Shown: one piece after another, positions 38,350 to 51,450 of the stretch | Position numbering within the stretch: position 1 is the stretch's first letter | How the letters are laid out: each line of letters starts with the position of its first letter | Assembly (NCBI GenBank): GCA_950097015.1 | Contig: CATNEN010000026.1 | Location: 868,001 to 932,000 of the forward strand | Direction: 5' to 3' | From: Macrostomum hystrix | Taxonomy: Eukaryota; Animalia; Platyhelminthes | Length of the DNA stretch: 64,000 bases | The notes under the pieces: model-generated | What the model saw: the letters and a program-made list of their open reading frames with translations, nothing else | Database searches by the model: none | What the model was told of the DNA's origin: nothing | Made by a program: the position numbers and the translations under genes

Positions 38350-39280
38350 AACATTTCTAATCCATATACATTTCTCATCCATCTACATTTCTCATCCATC
38401 TACAATTCTCATCCATCTACATTTCTCATCCATCTACAATTCTCATCCATATACAATTCTCATCCATCTACAATTCTCATACATCTACATTTCTCATCCA
38501 TCTACATTTCTCATCCATCTACATTTCTCATCCATCTACATTTCTCATCCATCTACATTTCTCATCCATCTACATTTCTCATCCATCTACATTTCTCATC
38601 CATCTACATTTCTCATCCATCTACATTTCTCATCCATCTACATTTCTCATCCATCTACATTTCTCATCCATCTAAATTTCTCTTCGATCTACATTTCTCA
38701 TCCATCTACAATTCTCATCCATCTACATTTCTCTTCGATCTACATTTCTCATCCATCTACATTTCTCATCCATCTACAATTCTCATCCATCTACATTTCT
38801 CTTCGATCTACATTTCTCATCCATCTACATTTCTCATCCATCTACAATTCTCATCCATCTACATTTCTCATCCATCTACATTTCTCATCCATCTACATTT
38901 CTCATCCATCTAAATTCTCATCCATCTAAATTTCTCATCCATCTACATTTCTTATCCATCTACATTTCTCATCCATCTACATTTCTCATCCATCTACAAT
39001 TCTCATCCATCTACATTTCTCATCCATCTACAATTCTCATCCATCTACAATTCTTATCCATCTACAATTCTCATCCATCTATAACTCTCATCCATCTAGA
39101 ATTCTCATCCATCTACATTTCTCATCCATCTACATTTCTCATCCATCTACAATTCTCATCCATCTACATTTCTCATCCATCTACAATTCTCATCCATCTA
39201 CAATTCTCATCCATCTACAATTCTCATCCATCTACATTTCTCATCCATCTACATTTCTCATCCATCTACATTTCTCAATT
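38350..39280. repeat. 17-bp minisatellite catctacatttctcatc
   Basis: Tandem copies; the unit resembles the neighbouring 21-bp array. Confidence 0.95.
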
Positions 39281-40069
39281 ATTTCACAATTAACAATTTG
39301 AATTAGGAACAATTACAGTTTAACTCGCAAGCTCTAGCTTGTTTAGAGATTATACATCGCAGACGAAAGCGATTATCAAGCGATCAATGGATTAGCTTTG
39401 ACAACCGATTTTGACTTTGATAACCCATCAAAGCATTCAGGGCACGACCTTGAATAGCTACAGGGATTGTCTCTCGATAGTTTTGAAAGAATCGCATTAC
39501 AAACTGGAAACAAAGAACAATGAAACCAATGTCAGCCTAAAACAGCCGCTAAGCCATTGTGAATAGCTTAGATTTTTTGATTACGTAATCACGCTAGCAG
39601 CCTCCTGTTCGGGTAGGGAAGACCTCGAGGGATTCCCCTGACGAAAAAAATGCTCGTATATATTATTTCCAAGCGAAGTCTTCAAGGCCGAGTCGAGGGC
39701 GGCAATGACTTCGAGTTTTTCTGCCCCCCTTATAGATTGCCTGCATAAACAGTGACTGCGTGGATGTGGGAGAAGGCATTGTAGCATTAATTCTGTAAAT
39801 CCGCAAGCAGATTCTGAACAGCAAAAGGCAGACAAACAGAGGTATACTATTCCTTAGGCAACAAAATTTTGGCCAAGTGAAAAAGAGTTTTTGCCAGTTA
39901 AGATGGAAATGTTAGAAAACGGCGAGGACGAAGAATGTCGAGTTATGCAAAAAACAGGCAATCATGCTAGCATGATTATATAGCCTTCCTGCCTGGATAG
40001 AAACACTGGTTGCAAATGGGAGCTGTGGGATACGAACGAACATACTCGTAGCAAAAATTAGAGCATAGG

Positions 40070-41115
40070 CAGAGGAGAGGAGAGGAGAGGAGAGGACAGG
40101 AGAGGAGAGGAGAGGAGAGGAGAGGAGAGGAGAGGAGAGGAGAGGAGAGGAGAGGAGAGGAGAGGAGAGGAGAGGAGAGGAGAGGAGAGGAGAGGAGAGG
40201 AGAGGAGAGGAGAGGAGAGGAGAGGAGAGGAGAGGAGAGGAGAGGAGAGGAGAGGAGAGGGGAGGAGAGGAGAGGAGAGTAGAGGAGAGGAGAGGAGAGT
40301 AGAGGACAGGAGAGGAGAGTAGAGGAGAGGAGAGGAGAGTAGAGGACAGGAGAGGAGAGGAGAGGAGAGGAGAGGAGAGGAGAGTAGAGGACAGGAGAGG
40401 AGAGTAGAGGACAGGAGAGGAGAGGAGAGGAGAGGAGAGGAGAGGAGAGGAGAGGAGAGGAGAGGAGAGGAGAGGAGAGGACAGGAGAGGAGAGTAGAGG
40501 ACAGGAGAGGAGAGGAGAGTAGAGGACAGGAGAGGAGAGGAGAGGAGAGGAGAGGGGAGGAGAGGAGAGGAGAGGAGAGGAGAGGACAGGAGAGGAGAGG
40601 AGAGGAGAGGAGAGGGGAGGAGAGGAGAGGAGAGGAGAGGAGAGGAGAGGAGAGTAGAGGACAGGAGAGGAGAGTAGAGGACAGGAGAGGAGAGGAGAGT
40701 AGAGGACAGGAGAGGAGAGGAGAGGAGAGGAGAGGGGAGGAGAGGAGAGGAGAGGAGAGGAGAGGAGAGGAGAGTAGAGGACAGGAGAGGAGAGGAGAGG
40801 AGAGGACAGGAGAGGACAGTAGAGGAGAGGACAGGAGAGGAGAGGGGAGGAGAGGAGAGGAGAGGAGAGGAGAGGAGAGGAGAGGAGAGGAGAGGAGAGG
40901 AGAGGAGAGGAGAGGAGAGGAGAGGGGAGGAGAGGAGAGGAGAGGAGAGGAGAGGAGAGGAGAGTAGAGGACAGGAGAGGAGAGGAGAGGAGAGGACAGG
41001 AGAGGACAGTAGAGGAGAGGACAGGAGAGGAGAGGGGAGGAGAGGAGAGGAGAGGAGAGGAGAGGAGAGGAGAGGAGAGGAGAGGAGAGGAGAGGAGAGG
41101 AGAGGAGAGGAGAGT
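40070..41115. repeat. (AGAGG)n microsatellite
   Basis: Purine tract, reverse complement in type to 34070-35095. Confidence 0.97.
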
Positions 41116-41904
41116 GACTAGGGATAGTGACTAGAGAGATATAAGACACGAGAGTTAATTAAAACGTTATCGCATTGCGCAACAGTTTCGAGTCAACCGG
41201 GAGGAGACACACACCAGGCTGGGAACCGAACTCGATGATTGACACATCTAGTCAATACTTAAAGACTCGGTTAGTAACTCAAAACTCAGCACACACAATG
41301 CATCGTGAGTGGGCATGATATATCAGGGATTAACAGCTTAGATCAGGCACAATGTGCATGCTTAGGCACGTTGCTTGGCCTGTTGCACAACATTTGTTCA
41401 TTCCTTTAAAAATCGGTTCTCGCAAGTGATTGCGTGTGTTTGAGTAGCTGACTGTATAGACTTGGCAACTCAGGCGAACCAAATTCAGAAGATAACTGGA
41501 AATTTCAATTCGAGAACAAAGTTTTCTTATGTTAAGCTTGTTATATAGAGACAGAAAAAAATTGCTACTAAATCAAGTAAGAATTTCATGAGTTGAGCAG
41601 GAATTGAGTTGAGTAATCACCGGGAGCTCTTATCGGTGTGCGAGCGACTTCTGCGGCCTGATAGAATTTGAGCCTGTAGATCTAAGCCTTATCTATGCCT
41701 TAAATACGAGACTAATACGTAGATAAAAACTGCACAATTTGCCACGGTGTCTCGCGTAATCCACCTGGACTAAATTGTTCTCAAGACTTTCCAGGAAACT
41801 ACTGATAGTAGAGTCTTGCGGATGTGTACAATGAACTTGTCAAAGTTAGGAGATAACGTAGAGAGAATCCATTGCGCTTCGCTAAAATTACCCAGGTTCA
41901 CACA

Positions 41905-42560
41905 GTCTTACATTCGTTGGGATTCACCTACATTCGTTGGGATTCACCTACATTCGTTGGGATTCACCTACATTCGTTGGGATTCACCTACATTCGTTGG
42001 GATTCACCTACATTCGTTGGGATTCACCTACATTCGTTGGGATTCACCTAAATTCGTTGGGATTCACCTAAATTCGTTGGGATTCACCTAAATTCGCTGG
42101 GAGTCACCTACAATCGTTGGGATTCACCTAAATTCGTTGGGATTCACCTACATTCGTTGGGATTCACCTATATTCGTTGGGATTCACCTACATTCGTTGG
42201 GATTCACCTATATTCGTTGGGATTCACCTACATTCGTTGGGATTCACCTACATTCGTTGGGATTCACCTACAATCGTTGGGATTCACCTATATTCGTTGG
42301 GATTCACCTACATTCGTTGGGATTCACCTACATTCGTTGGGATTCACCTACAATCATTGGGATTCACCTACATTCGCTGGGAGTCACCTACAATCGTTGG
42401 GATTCACCTACTTTCGATGGGATTCACCTACATTCGTTGGGATTCACCTAAATTCGTTGGGATTCACCTACTTTCGATGGGATTCATCTACAATCGTTGG
42501 GATTCACCTATATTCGTTGGGATTCACCTAAATTCGTTGGGATTCACCTACTTTCGATGG
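41905..42560. repeat. 20-bp minisatellite cattcgttgggattcaccta
   Basis: Tandem copies with no spacers. Confidence 0.95.
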
Positions 42561-43072
42561 GATTTCTTAACATTTATTTCGATTAATCTGGATTCTAGCT
42601 CATGTGAGCATGTCTGCTGGTAATACTAACATCTTAGCCTTATCCAAATTACTTAAAAGTACAGTCCTTTCAATTATTTACAGGGCTTTTTGCGCAGGAA
42701 CTTAAGCAAAGGAAACGCATCATTTTACCATGTTGCTGATTATAATTAATTTTATCCAGTCTCAACTAATCTTCTCTAATATTGAGAGCTAGAAAGGAGA
42801 AAACGAATGCAAAGGAAATAAAATGCGCGGTATCAACAAAGTGGAAGTGAGTGAACGCTTGCCAGTCAGTTAAAAACTAGCGACAAGGAGTTGCCATAGC
42901 AACCGGAGCAGAAAAAGGCATAAATTAACGGACTCTTGTGCTGCTGCTTTGACTTGGCAATACAGTGCATAAGTTCGCAGAAATTTCTTACTTTCAGTTG
43001 GTAAAGCCAAGGCAACTGAAACAATTGATTGATTAATCAGTTCTGAAGGCTTCTAAACACCGCAGCATCTTC

Positions 43073-46000
43073 ATGTCCCTGTGGCAGCCGTGGCCGCGCT
43101 CTTCGAAGCCCGGCTGCTGCCTGCTGGATTTGGCCAGGCTGGGCCGTTCGAGCCGCAGATTTCCCATTGCGCCTGACGGTGAGTGGCGGAATTTCTAGGC
43201 TTTCTTCAGCCTATTTACGAGCGTCTGGTTTTTTCTTGAAACTGATAAGCTTGCCAATATACATTCAGCTGACTAGCGAGTATACATTCAGCTGACTAGC
43301 GAGTGTACATTCAGCTGACTAGCGAGTGTACATTCAGCTGACTAGCGAGTGTACATTCAGCTGACTAGCGAGTGTACATTCAGCTGACTAGCGAGTGTAC
43401 ATTCAGCTGACTAGCGAGTGTACATTCAGCTGACTAGCGAGTGTACATTCAGCTGACTAGCGAGTGTACATTCAGCTGACTAGCGAGTGTACATTCAGCT
43501 GACTAGCGAGTGTACATTCAGCTGACTAGCGAGTGTACATTCAGCTGACTAGCGAGTGTACATTCAGCTGACTAGCGAGTGTACATTCAGCTGACTAGCG
43601 AGTGTACATTTAGCTGACTAGCGAGTGTACATTCAGCTGACTATAGCGAGTGTTCATTCAGCTAACTAGCGAGTATACATTCAGCTGACTAGCGAGTGTA
43701 CATTCAGCTGACTAGCGAGTGTACATTCAGCTGACTAGCGAGTGTACATTCAGCTGACTAGCGAGTGTACATTCAGCTGACTAGCGAGTGTACATTCAGC
43801 TGACTAGCGAGTGTACATTCAGCTGACTAGCGAGTGTACATTCAGCTGACTAGCGAGTGTACATTTAGCTGACTAGCGAGTGTACATTCAGCTGACTATA
43901 GCGAGTGTTCATTCAGCTAACTAGCGAGTATACATTCAGCTGACTAGCGAGTGTACATTCAGCTGACTAGCGAGTGTACATTCAGCTGACTAGCGAGTGT
44001 ACATTCAGCTGACTAGCGAGTGTACATTCAGCTGACTAGCGAGTGTACATTCAGCTGACTAGCGAGTGTACATTCAGCTGACTAGCGAGTGTACATTTAG
44101 CTGACTAGCGAGTGTACATTCAGCTGACTATAGCGAGTGTTCATTCAGCTAACTAGCGAGTGTACATTCAGCTGACTAGCGAGTGTACATTCAGCTGACT
44201 AGCGAGTGTACATTCAGCTGACTAGCGAGTTTACATTCAGCTGACTAGGTGATTGGTTGAATGTTTTCGGAGGTAAAGATGTGGATCCTTGGGTTTTCTA
44301 CTGCTAATGATGAGTGTACACTTGATCAACAAAATTTTAAGACAATTGTCTCGTGTATAAGGAACTGACGCTTTTCCTGTTGTCCAATCAGGTCACATTC
44401 CTAACTCGATCATTCGGGCTCTGTACGAGCCGGCGGATCTGACGGCAACAGCCGAGGAGAAGCCAGAGGTCAGTCGTATTTTCGACCTCATCTGTTTCCC
44501 AGCATCTATGCAGTTGGGTATATTCTCTTCAATCAATAGGACTCCACCATGGCTGCCCTGCGTCGCCGTCTGATGGGGCGAGACGCCGCCGCCGCCGCTG
44601 CCGCTTCCGGCGTTGTCGATAACGACGACTCCTTCGACGAGGAGCTGATCAGCCGATGGAGCAGCTGGGCAGACGAAGATGACGACAAAGTTAAAGCTGA
44701 TCACGATGACGAGGATGTAGTAGAAGAACTTGAGTGCACTAGTAATCGGGCCGTTATCGATATAAAAAACAATAAGGCTCTTTCTCCGGATGTCTGCCGC
44801 GGTACAGCCGCTATGGAGACAGTTTCTAAGAAAGAGTGCCCAACGGCTAGAAACGAGTCAAATGTGTTGTTCAATATTCGGGACACAGCTGCGGGCTCAG
44901 CGGTTATCAATGAAATTACTGCCACGAATCGAAGCTTGCTTCCAGTGAGTACTGAAACATTCTGTACTTTTATAGTTTCTAATCGCTCATAGCTCAGTGG
45001 TTCAAGCGTCGGACTCACGACTTGAAGGTCGGAGTCCACTGGAAAAATTTGTGTCCTTTAGCGAGACGCTTCAATGTACCCAGCTGGCGAATTCGTACCA
45101 GCATCAGCTGAAGTCAGGGGTTGAGTGGCAGAGCTGTCTAACGCCTTTGCCTCTCGCACCAAGGTCCCTGAGCTCGATTCCGCGGCCAGGCCACATTTAT
45201 TTGGGGCAAGCGGCAAGAAGGCTTGGCATCTTTTCGTGAAATTTACGCCCTTGAGGGCCAACCTCCAAGGTGAAGTGAAGTGTACACTGCCTGACGATGC
45301 GAAATTGAGGGCAGATGTACAAACTTCTGTGTGCGTGTGCCTGGGTACGGTATCTGTGTGCGTGTGCTCAGGAGTCATTGAAATGGGCAGGATTGCCTCC
45401 TCGCTGGCTGCGTGTCTAGTGTCACCAAATGATGTGCCATTGCCCGATGGCAGTGTTCCGATGCGACACACAGTAGCTGCGGCTGTGCTGTCGGCTGCAC
45501 AACTGGCCCAACTGGGGCAGGTGTAATCAATTATTCATTTTTTCATTTTTACTAATTAACTTTTGCTTTCAGGAACCCAAATATTGTGAACCGACTATGG
45601 AAATAGGTCTTGCTGAACTTGTGAACTCGCCAATCAAAATGACCGCTGCTGCTGCTGCTGCTGCTAGTGCCGATGCTACAACGGCTGCAGCCGCCGGGTC
45701 AGCCACGAAGGCGAACTCACTATCGACACCCGGAGCCGACAGCGATGAGAGCGCCTGGCACGGTGGCGTGGTGGGCGTTGAGGTCCGCTTCGGAGCTGGC
45801 ACCGCTGAGGCTCACGACCTCCAGCTGCCCGACCATTGCATCGACTCCTTGACGGCGTCGTTCGACAAGGACAAGCGATTCCAGAGTGAAGCCAGCGACG
45901 CGGCGGTTGAAAATGTGCCGGTTGCTAACGACGCTATAAAAGGCCGACAGAATATAGTAGGTCATATCCTGCGAGAGGGTCGGGAGTTCAGATCTCACCT

Positions 46001-48226
46001 TAAGGGGAAAATGTGTCATTAAGCGTGACTTTTAATTTACAATGACATCAGTTCATTAAACAGTAAAGTGAAAACCAGCATTGGCCTGGGGTACAACCCA
46101 AAATCGAAGCTAGAGTCTAACTAGAATCGAAGCTAAAGTCTATACCGAATCGAAGCTAGAGTCCAACTAGAATCGAAGCTAGAGTCCAACTAGAATCGAA
46201 GCTAGAGTCCAACTAGAATCGAAGCTAGAGTCCAACCAGAATCGAAGCTAGAGTCCAACCAGAATCGAAGCTAGAGTCCAACTAGAATCGAAGCTAGAGT
46301 CCAACCAGAATCGAAGCTAGAGTCCAACCAGAATCGAAGCTAGAGTCCAACTAGAATCGAAGCTAGAGTCCAACCAGAATCGAAGCTAGAGTCCAACCAG
46401 AATCGAAGCTAGAGTCTGAATTTGAATTTGACTTCTTTCTCAAAATTATAGCAAAGCTTGCCAATTGATTCTGGTGACTATGAGAAGACTCCTGTTGATT
46501 CATTGGGAAATTTATCCCCATCAATTGGCGGCTCGCCTCGCAAAGGGACTTCTCGCCTCAGTCAGACGCCCGCGAGAACAGCTGGTTGTTTGGCAGCTCC
46601 AATCGCGAGCATGTACGAGTAAGTGAATAAAATCTGTTCAATTTTCTTCCTACACTACTCGAAGTAAAAATGCGAGAAAATATCTAAATTCAGTTTGCTT
46701 GGCGATCCGCGACTGAAGAAGCTGCTACTGAGCTTGCCCAGAATTCGGCCAGTTGATTTAGAGGCCATCGCGACTCGCTTCCAGGCTGCCCGGGATCGCC
46801 ACGCCACGTCCAGTAGACTCAGGTGCGATGGGAGTTTTGGAATTTTTCTAATTAATGAGTAGGCGTTAATGAGTATTTATAATCTGTGCACGCTCGAACG
46901 CCTCAGATCCGTGACCTTGAAAATCCGAAGAATCCCTAAACCTTCGCTACCTGACCTTGAGAACACGTAGGATCTATGACCTCAGCTCCGTGACCTTGAA
47001 AACCCGGAGGATCCAGAGCCTCAGCTCCGTGACCTTGAGAACACGTAGGATCTATGACCTCAGCTCCGTGACCTTGAAAACCCGGAGGATTCAGGACCTC
47101 AGCTCCGTGACCTTGAAAACCTGGAGGATCCAGGACCTCAGCTCCGTGACCTTGAGAACCCGGAGGATCCAGGACCTCAGCTCCGAGACCTTGAAAACCC
47201 GAAGAATCCCTAAACCTTTGCTACCTGACCTTGAGAACACGTAGGATCTATGACCTCAGCTCCGTGACCTTGAAAACCCGGAGGATCCAGGACCTCAGCT
47301 CCGTGACCTTGAGAACCCGGAGGATCCAGGACCTCAGCTCCGAGACCTTGAAAACCCGAAGAATCCCTAAACCTTCGCTACCTGACCTTGAGAACACCTA
47401 GGATCTATGACCTCGGCTCCGTGACCTTGAGAACACGCAGGATCCAGGACCTCAGCTCCGGGACCTTGAGAACACGTAGGATCCAGGACCTCAGCTCCGG
47501 GACCTTGAGAACACGTAGGATCCAGGACCTCAGCTCCGGGACCTTGAGAACACGTAGGATCCAGGACCTCAGCTCCGGGACCTTGAGAACACGCAGGATC
47601 CAGGACCTCAGCTCCGGGACCTTGAGAACACGTAGGATCCAGGACCTCAGCTCCGGGACCTTGAGAACACGTAGGATCCAGGACCTCAGCTCTGTGACCT
47701 TGAGAATTCGTAGGATCTATGACCTCAGCTCCGTGACCTTGAGAATTCGTAGGATCTATGACCTCAGCTCCGCGACCTTGAGAACCCGGAGGATCCAGGA
47801 CCTCAGCTCTGTGACCCAAAAAATCCCACTTTTCATCTCCCTCCCCGCAGTCGCATGTCGTGGCTGGCTTTCTCGCCGTCCACTTCGATTCGTCGTCAGT
47901 CAACATTTGTACCTCCCAGTCGGGTCTCCGTTGGTGTCGGCATTTTTGAGCAGTCCACGGAGCAGCAGACAGCTGCAGTGACCCGGGTGCACCCGACACT
48001 GCTGACTTCTGCGACGTTGCATCCGGACAGGTTGGGCAGCAGCGAAAGACAACGCCGACTGTCTGGCTGGCCGGGTCATTGTCCCATGGCACGGCTGGCG
48101 CGTCGCGGTCTGAACCAGACTGTCGGCCTGTCGCCGAGGCCGTTCTTGGAGCGAGAGGCGATGCTCAAGCAGGCGGACCAGCCACTGTACCTGCCGCGAA
48201 TGCGATGCTCGTCCATGATTGTTTGA
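43073..48226 (+). CDS. Uncharacterised ~550-aa protein; exons 43073-43178, 44392-44468, 44540-44944, 45573-45956, 46452-46618, 46694-46822, 47851-48226
   Basis: Seven GC-rich segments join in one open frame through GT-AG introns with consistent phases (1,0,0,0,2,2). Mostly low-complexity and acidic; I recognise no domain. Confidence 0.68.
43260..44245. repeat. 23-bp minisatellite cagctgactagcgagtgtacatt
   Basis: About 43 highly homogeneous copies in intron 1 of the uncharacterised gene. Confidence 0.96.
44985..45535 (+). mobile_element. Composite SINE: family A head and core + family B SINE + family A 3' tail
   Basis: TAGCTCAGTGG A box and gcgtcggactcacgacttgaaggtcgg shared with 19888; a second tRNA-like head (tggcagagctg...gctcgattcc) at ~45120 shared with 52990; tail tagctgcggctgtgctgtcggctgcac...ggggcaggtgtaa shared with 20092-20145. 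Confidence 0.78.
46105..46420. repeat. 23-bp tandem repeat tagaatcgaagctagagtccaac
   Basis: Tandem copies in an intron. Confidence 0.92.
46900..47820. repeat. 39-bp minisatellite gaccttgagaacacgtaggatccaggacctcagctccgg
   Basis: Tandem copies in the last intron of the uncharacterised gene. Confidence 0.93.
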
Positions 48227-48239
48227 GCTCAAAATGGCA

Positions 48240-49245
48240 AGATATTGCTGAGAGAGTGGCTAGATATTGCTGCGAGAGTGGCTAGATATTGCTGAGGAGT
48301 GGCTAGATATTGCTGAGAGAGTGGCTGGATATTGCTGAGAGAGTGGCTAGATATTGCTGAGAGAGTGGCTAGATATTGTTGAGAGAGTGGCTAGATATTG
48401 CTGAGAGAGTGGCTAGATATTGCTGAGAGAGTGGCTAGATATTGCTGAGAGAGTGGCTAGATATTGCTGGGAGAGTGGCTAGATATTGTTGAGAGAGTGG
48501 CTAGATATTGCTGAGAGAGTGGCTGGATATTGTTGAGAGAGTGGCTAGATATTGCTGAGAGAGTGGCTAGATATTGCTGAGAGAGTGGCTAGATATTGTT
48601 GAGAGAGTGGCTGGATATTGTTGAGAGAGTGGCTGGATATTGCTGAGAGAGTGGCTAGATATTGCTGAGAGAGTGGCTAGATATTGCTGAGAGAGTGGCT
48701 AGATATTGTTGAGAGAGTGGCTAGATATTGCTGAGAGAGTGGCTAGATATTGCTGAGAGAGTGGCTAGATATTGCTGAGAGAGTGGCTAGATATTGCTGG
48801 GAGAGTGGCTAGATATTGTTGAGAGAGTGGCTAGATATTGCTGAGAGAGTGGCTAGATATTGTTGAGAGAGTGGCTAGATATTGTTGAGAGAGTGGCTAG
48901 ATATTGCTGAGAGAGTGGCTAGATATTGCTGAGAGAGTGGCTAGATATTGCTGAGAGAGTGGCTAGATATTGCTGGGAGAGTGGCTAGATATTGTTGAGA
49001 GAGTGGCTAGATATTGCTGAGAGAGTGGCTAGATATTGTTGAGAGAGTGGCTAGATATTGTTGAGAGAGTGGCTAGATATTGCTGAGAGAGTGGCTAGAT
49101 ATTGCTGAGAGAGTGGGTAGATATTGCTGAGAGAGTGGCTAGATATAACTGAGAGAGTGGCTAGATATTGCTGAGAGAGTGGCTAGATATTGCTGAGAGA
49201 GTGGCTAGATATTGCTGAGAGAGTGGCTAGATATAAATGAGAGAC
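48240..49245. repeat. 22-bp minisatellite gagagtggctagatattgctga
   Basis: Begins about 14 bp after the stop at 48226. Confidence 0.95.
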
Positions 49246-49699
49246 AGGCTTTTTAGTTTACTTCAGATAAATTTGTTGCTTGTATACAAGCAATATTGGT
49301 AACTATTTGCACACAAGCCACATACTTTTCGAACACCGAAATCAATGTTCCTTATGTTTCTAAAATAATATTTTTTACAAACAAAATCCACTGTTTATGG
49401 TCATAAACGTTTCCCCCATATCGCATGCTCAGGTGAAATGATTTATTTAGGCCTATCTTTGCGTGGACGCTTTAAAAAAGAAGGCTACAAAATTATTTTT
49501 TCTAATTCGTTTAATTCAAATTTAGTTATCCCACACCTCTGTCAATAGAATTGTAACAACGAAAAATATCAGTACTTAACTTTGAATTAGTTATTGCTTT
49601 GCACTACTGAGCTCCTACAAGTAACAACTGGTCTTTCCAAGGACCGCTGGGGGACAAAAAAGACTCGACTGTGCGTAAAACTGTTGGCAGATAAATAAA

Positions 49700-51450
49700 A
49701 CTAGTGACAGACAGTAGGATAGAGTGAAAGACAGTAGGATAGAGTGACAGACAGTAGGATAAAGTGACAGACAGTAAAATAGAGTGACAGACAGTAGGAT
49801 AGAGTGACAGACAGTAGGATAGAGTGACAGACAGTAGGATAGAGTCACAGACAGTAGGATAGAGTGACAGACAGTATGATAGAGTCACAGACAGTAGGAT
49901 AGAGTCACAGACGGTAGGACAGAGTCACAGACAGTAGGATAGATTGACAGACAGTAGGATAGAGTCACAGACAGTAGGATAGAGTGACAGACAGTAGGAT
50001 AGAGTCACAGACAGTAGGATAGAGTGACAGACAGTATGATAGAGTGATAGACAGTAGGATAGAGTGACAGACAGTAGGATAGAGTGACAGACAGTAGGAT
50101 AGAGTGACAGACAGTAGGATAGAGTCACAGACAGTAGGATAGAGTGACAGACAGTATGATAGAGTGACAGACAGTAGGACAGAGTGACAGACTGTAGGAT
50201 AGAGTGACAGACCGTAGGATAGAGTGACAGACGGTAGGATAGAGTGACAGACGGTAGGACAGAGTGACAGACTGTAAGATAGAGTGACAGACGGTAGGAT
50301 AGAGAGACAGACAGTAGGATAGAGTGACAGACTGTAGGATAGAGTGACAGACGGTAGGACAGAGTGACAGAACGTAGGATAGAGTGACAGACTGTAGGAC
50401 AGAGTGACAGAACGTAGGATAGAGTGACAGACTGTAGGATAGAGTGACAGACTGTAGGATAGAGTGACAGACGGTAGGACAGAGTGACAGAACGTAGGAT
50501 AGAGTGACAGACGGTAGGATAGAGTGACAGACAGTAGGATAGAGTGACAGACAGTAGGATAGAGTGACAGACGGTAGGATAGAGTTTCCGACAGTAGGAT
50601 AGAGTGACAGACAGTAGGATAGAGTCACAGACAGTAGGATAGAGTCACAGACAGTAGGATAGAGTCACAGACAGTAGGATAGAGTGACAGACAGTAGGAT
50701 AGAGTCACAGACAGTAGGATAGAGTGACAGACAATAGGATAGAGTGACAGACAATAGGATAGAGTCACAGACAGTAGGATAGAGTGACAGACAGTAGGAT
50801 AGAGTGACAGACAGTAGGATAGAGTGACAGACAGTAGGATAGAGTGACAGACAGTAGGATAGAGTCACAGACAGAAGGATAGAGTCACAGACAGTAGGAT
50901 AGAGTCACAGACAGTAGGATAGAGTGACAGACAGTAGGATAGAGTGACAGACAGTAGGATAGAGTGACAGACAGTAGGATAGAGTGACAGACAGTAGGAT
51001 AGAGTCACAGACAGTAGGATAGAGTGACAGACAGTAGGATAGAGTGACAGACAGTAGGATAGAGTGACAGACAGTAGGATAGAGTGACAGACAGTAGGAT
51101 AGAGTCACAGACAGTAGGATAGAGTGACAGACAGTAGGATAGAGTGACAGACAGTAGGATAGAGTCACAGACAGTAGGATAGAGTGACAGACAGTATGAT
51201 AGAGTGATAGACAGTAGGATAGAGTCACAGACAGCAGGATAGAGTGACAGACAGTAGGATAGAGTGACAGACAGTAGGATAGAGTGACAGACAGTAGGAT
51301 AGAGTCACAGACAGTAGGATAGAGTGACAGACAGTATGATAGAGTGATAGACAGTAGGATAGAGTCACAGACAGCAGGATAGAGTGACAGACAGCAGGAT
51401 AGAGTGACAGACAGCAGGATAGAGTGACAGACAGCAGGATAGAGTCACAA
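49700..51450. repeat. 20-bp minisatellite gacagacagtaggatagagt
   Basis: About 85 tandem copies. Confidence 0.96.

Noticed and set aside
39581-39835. Possible extra upstream minus-strand exon of the RhoGEF-like gene
   Set aside because: The frame ends in a stop, and I could not join it in phase to the exon at 35486.
41905-44245. Regular 20-23-bp repeats superficially like CRISPR arrays
   Set aside because: No unique spacers and no cas genes; the context is eukaryotic introns.
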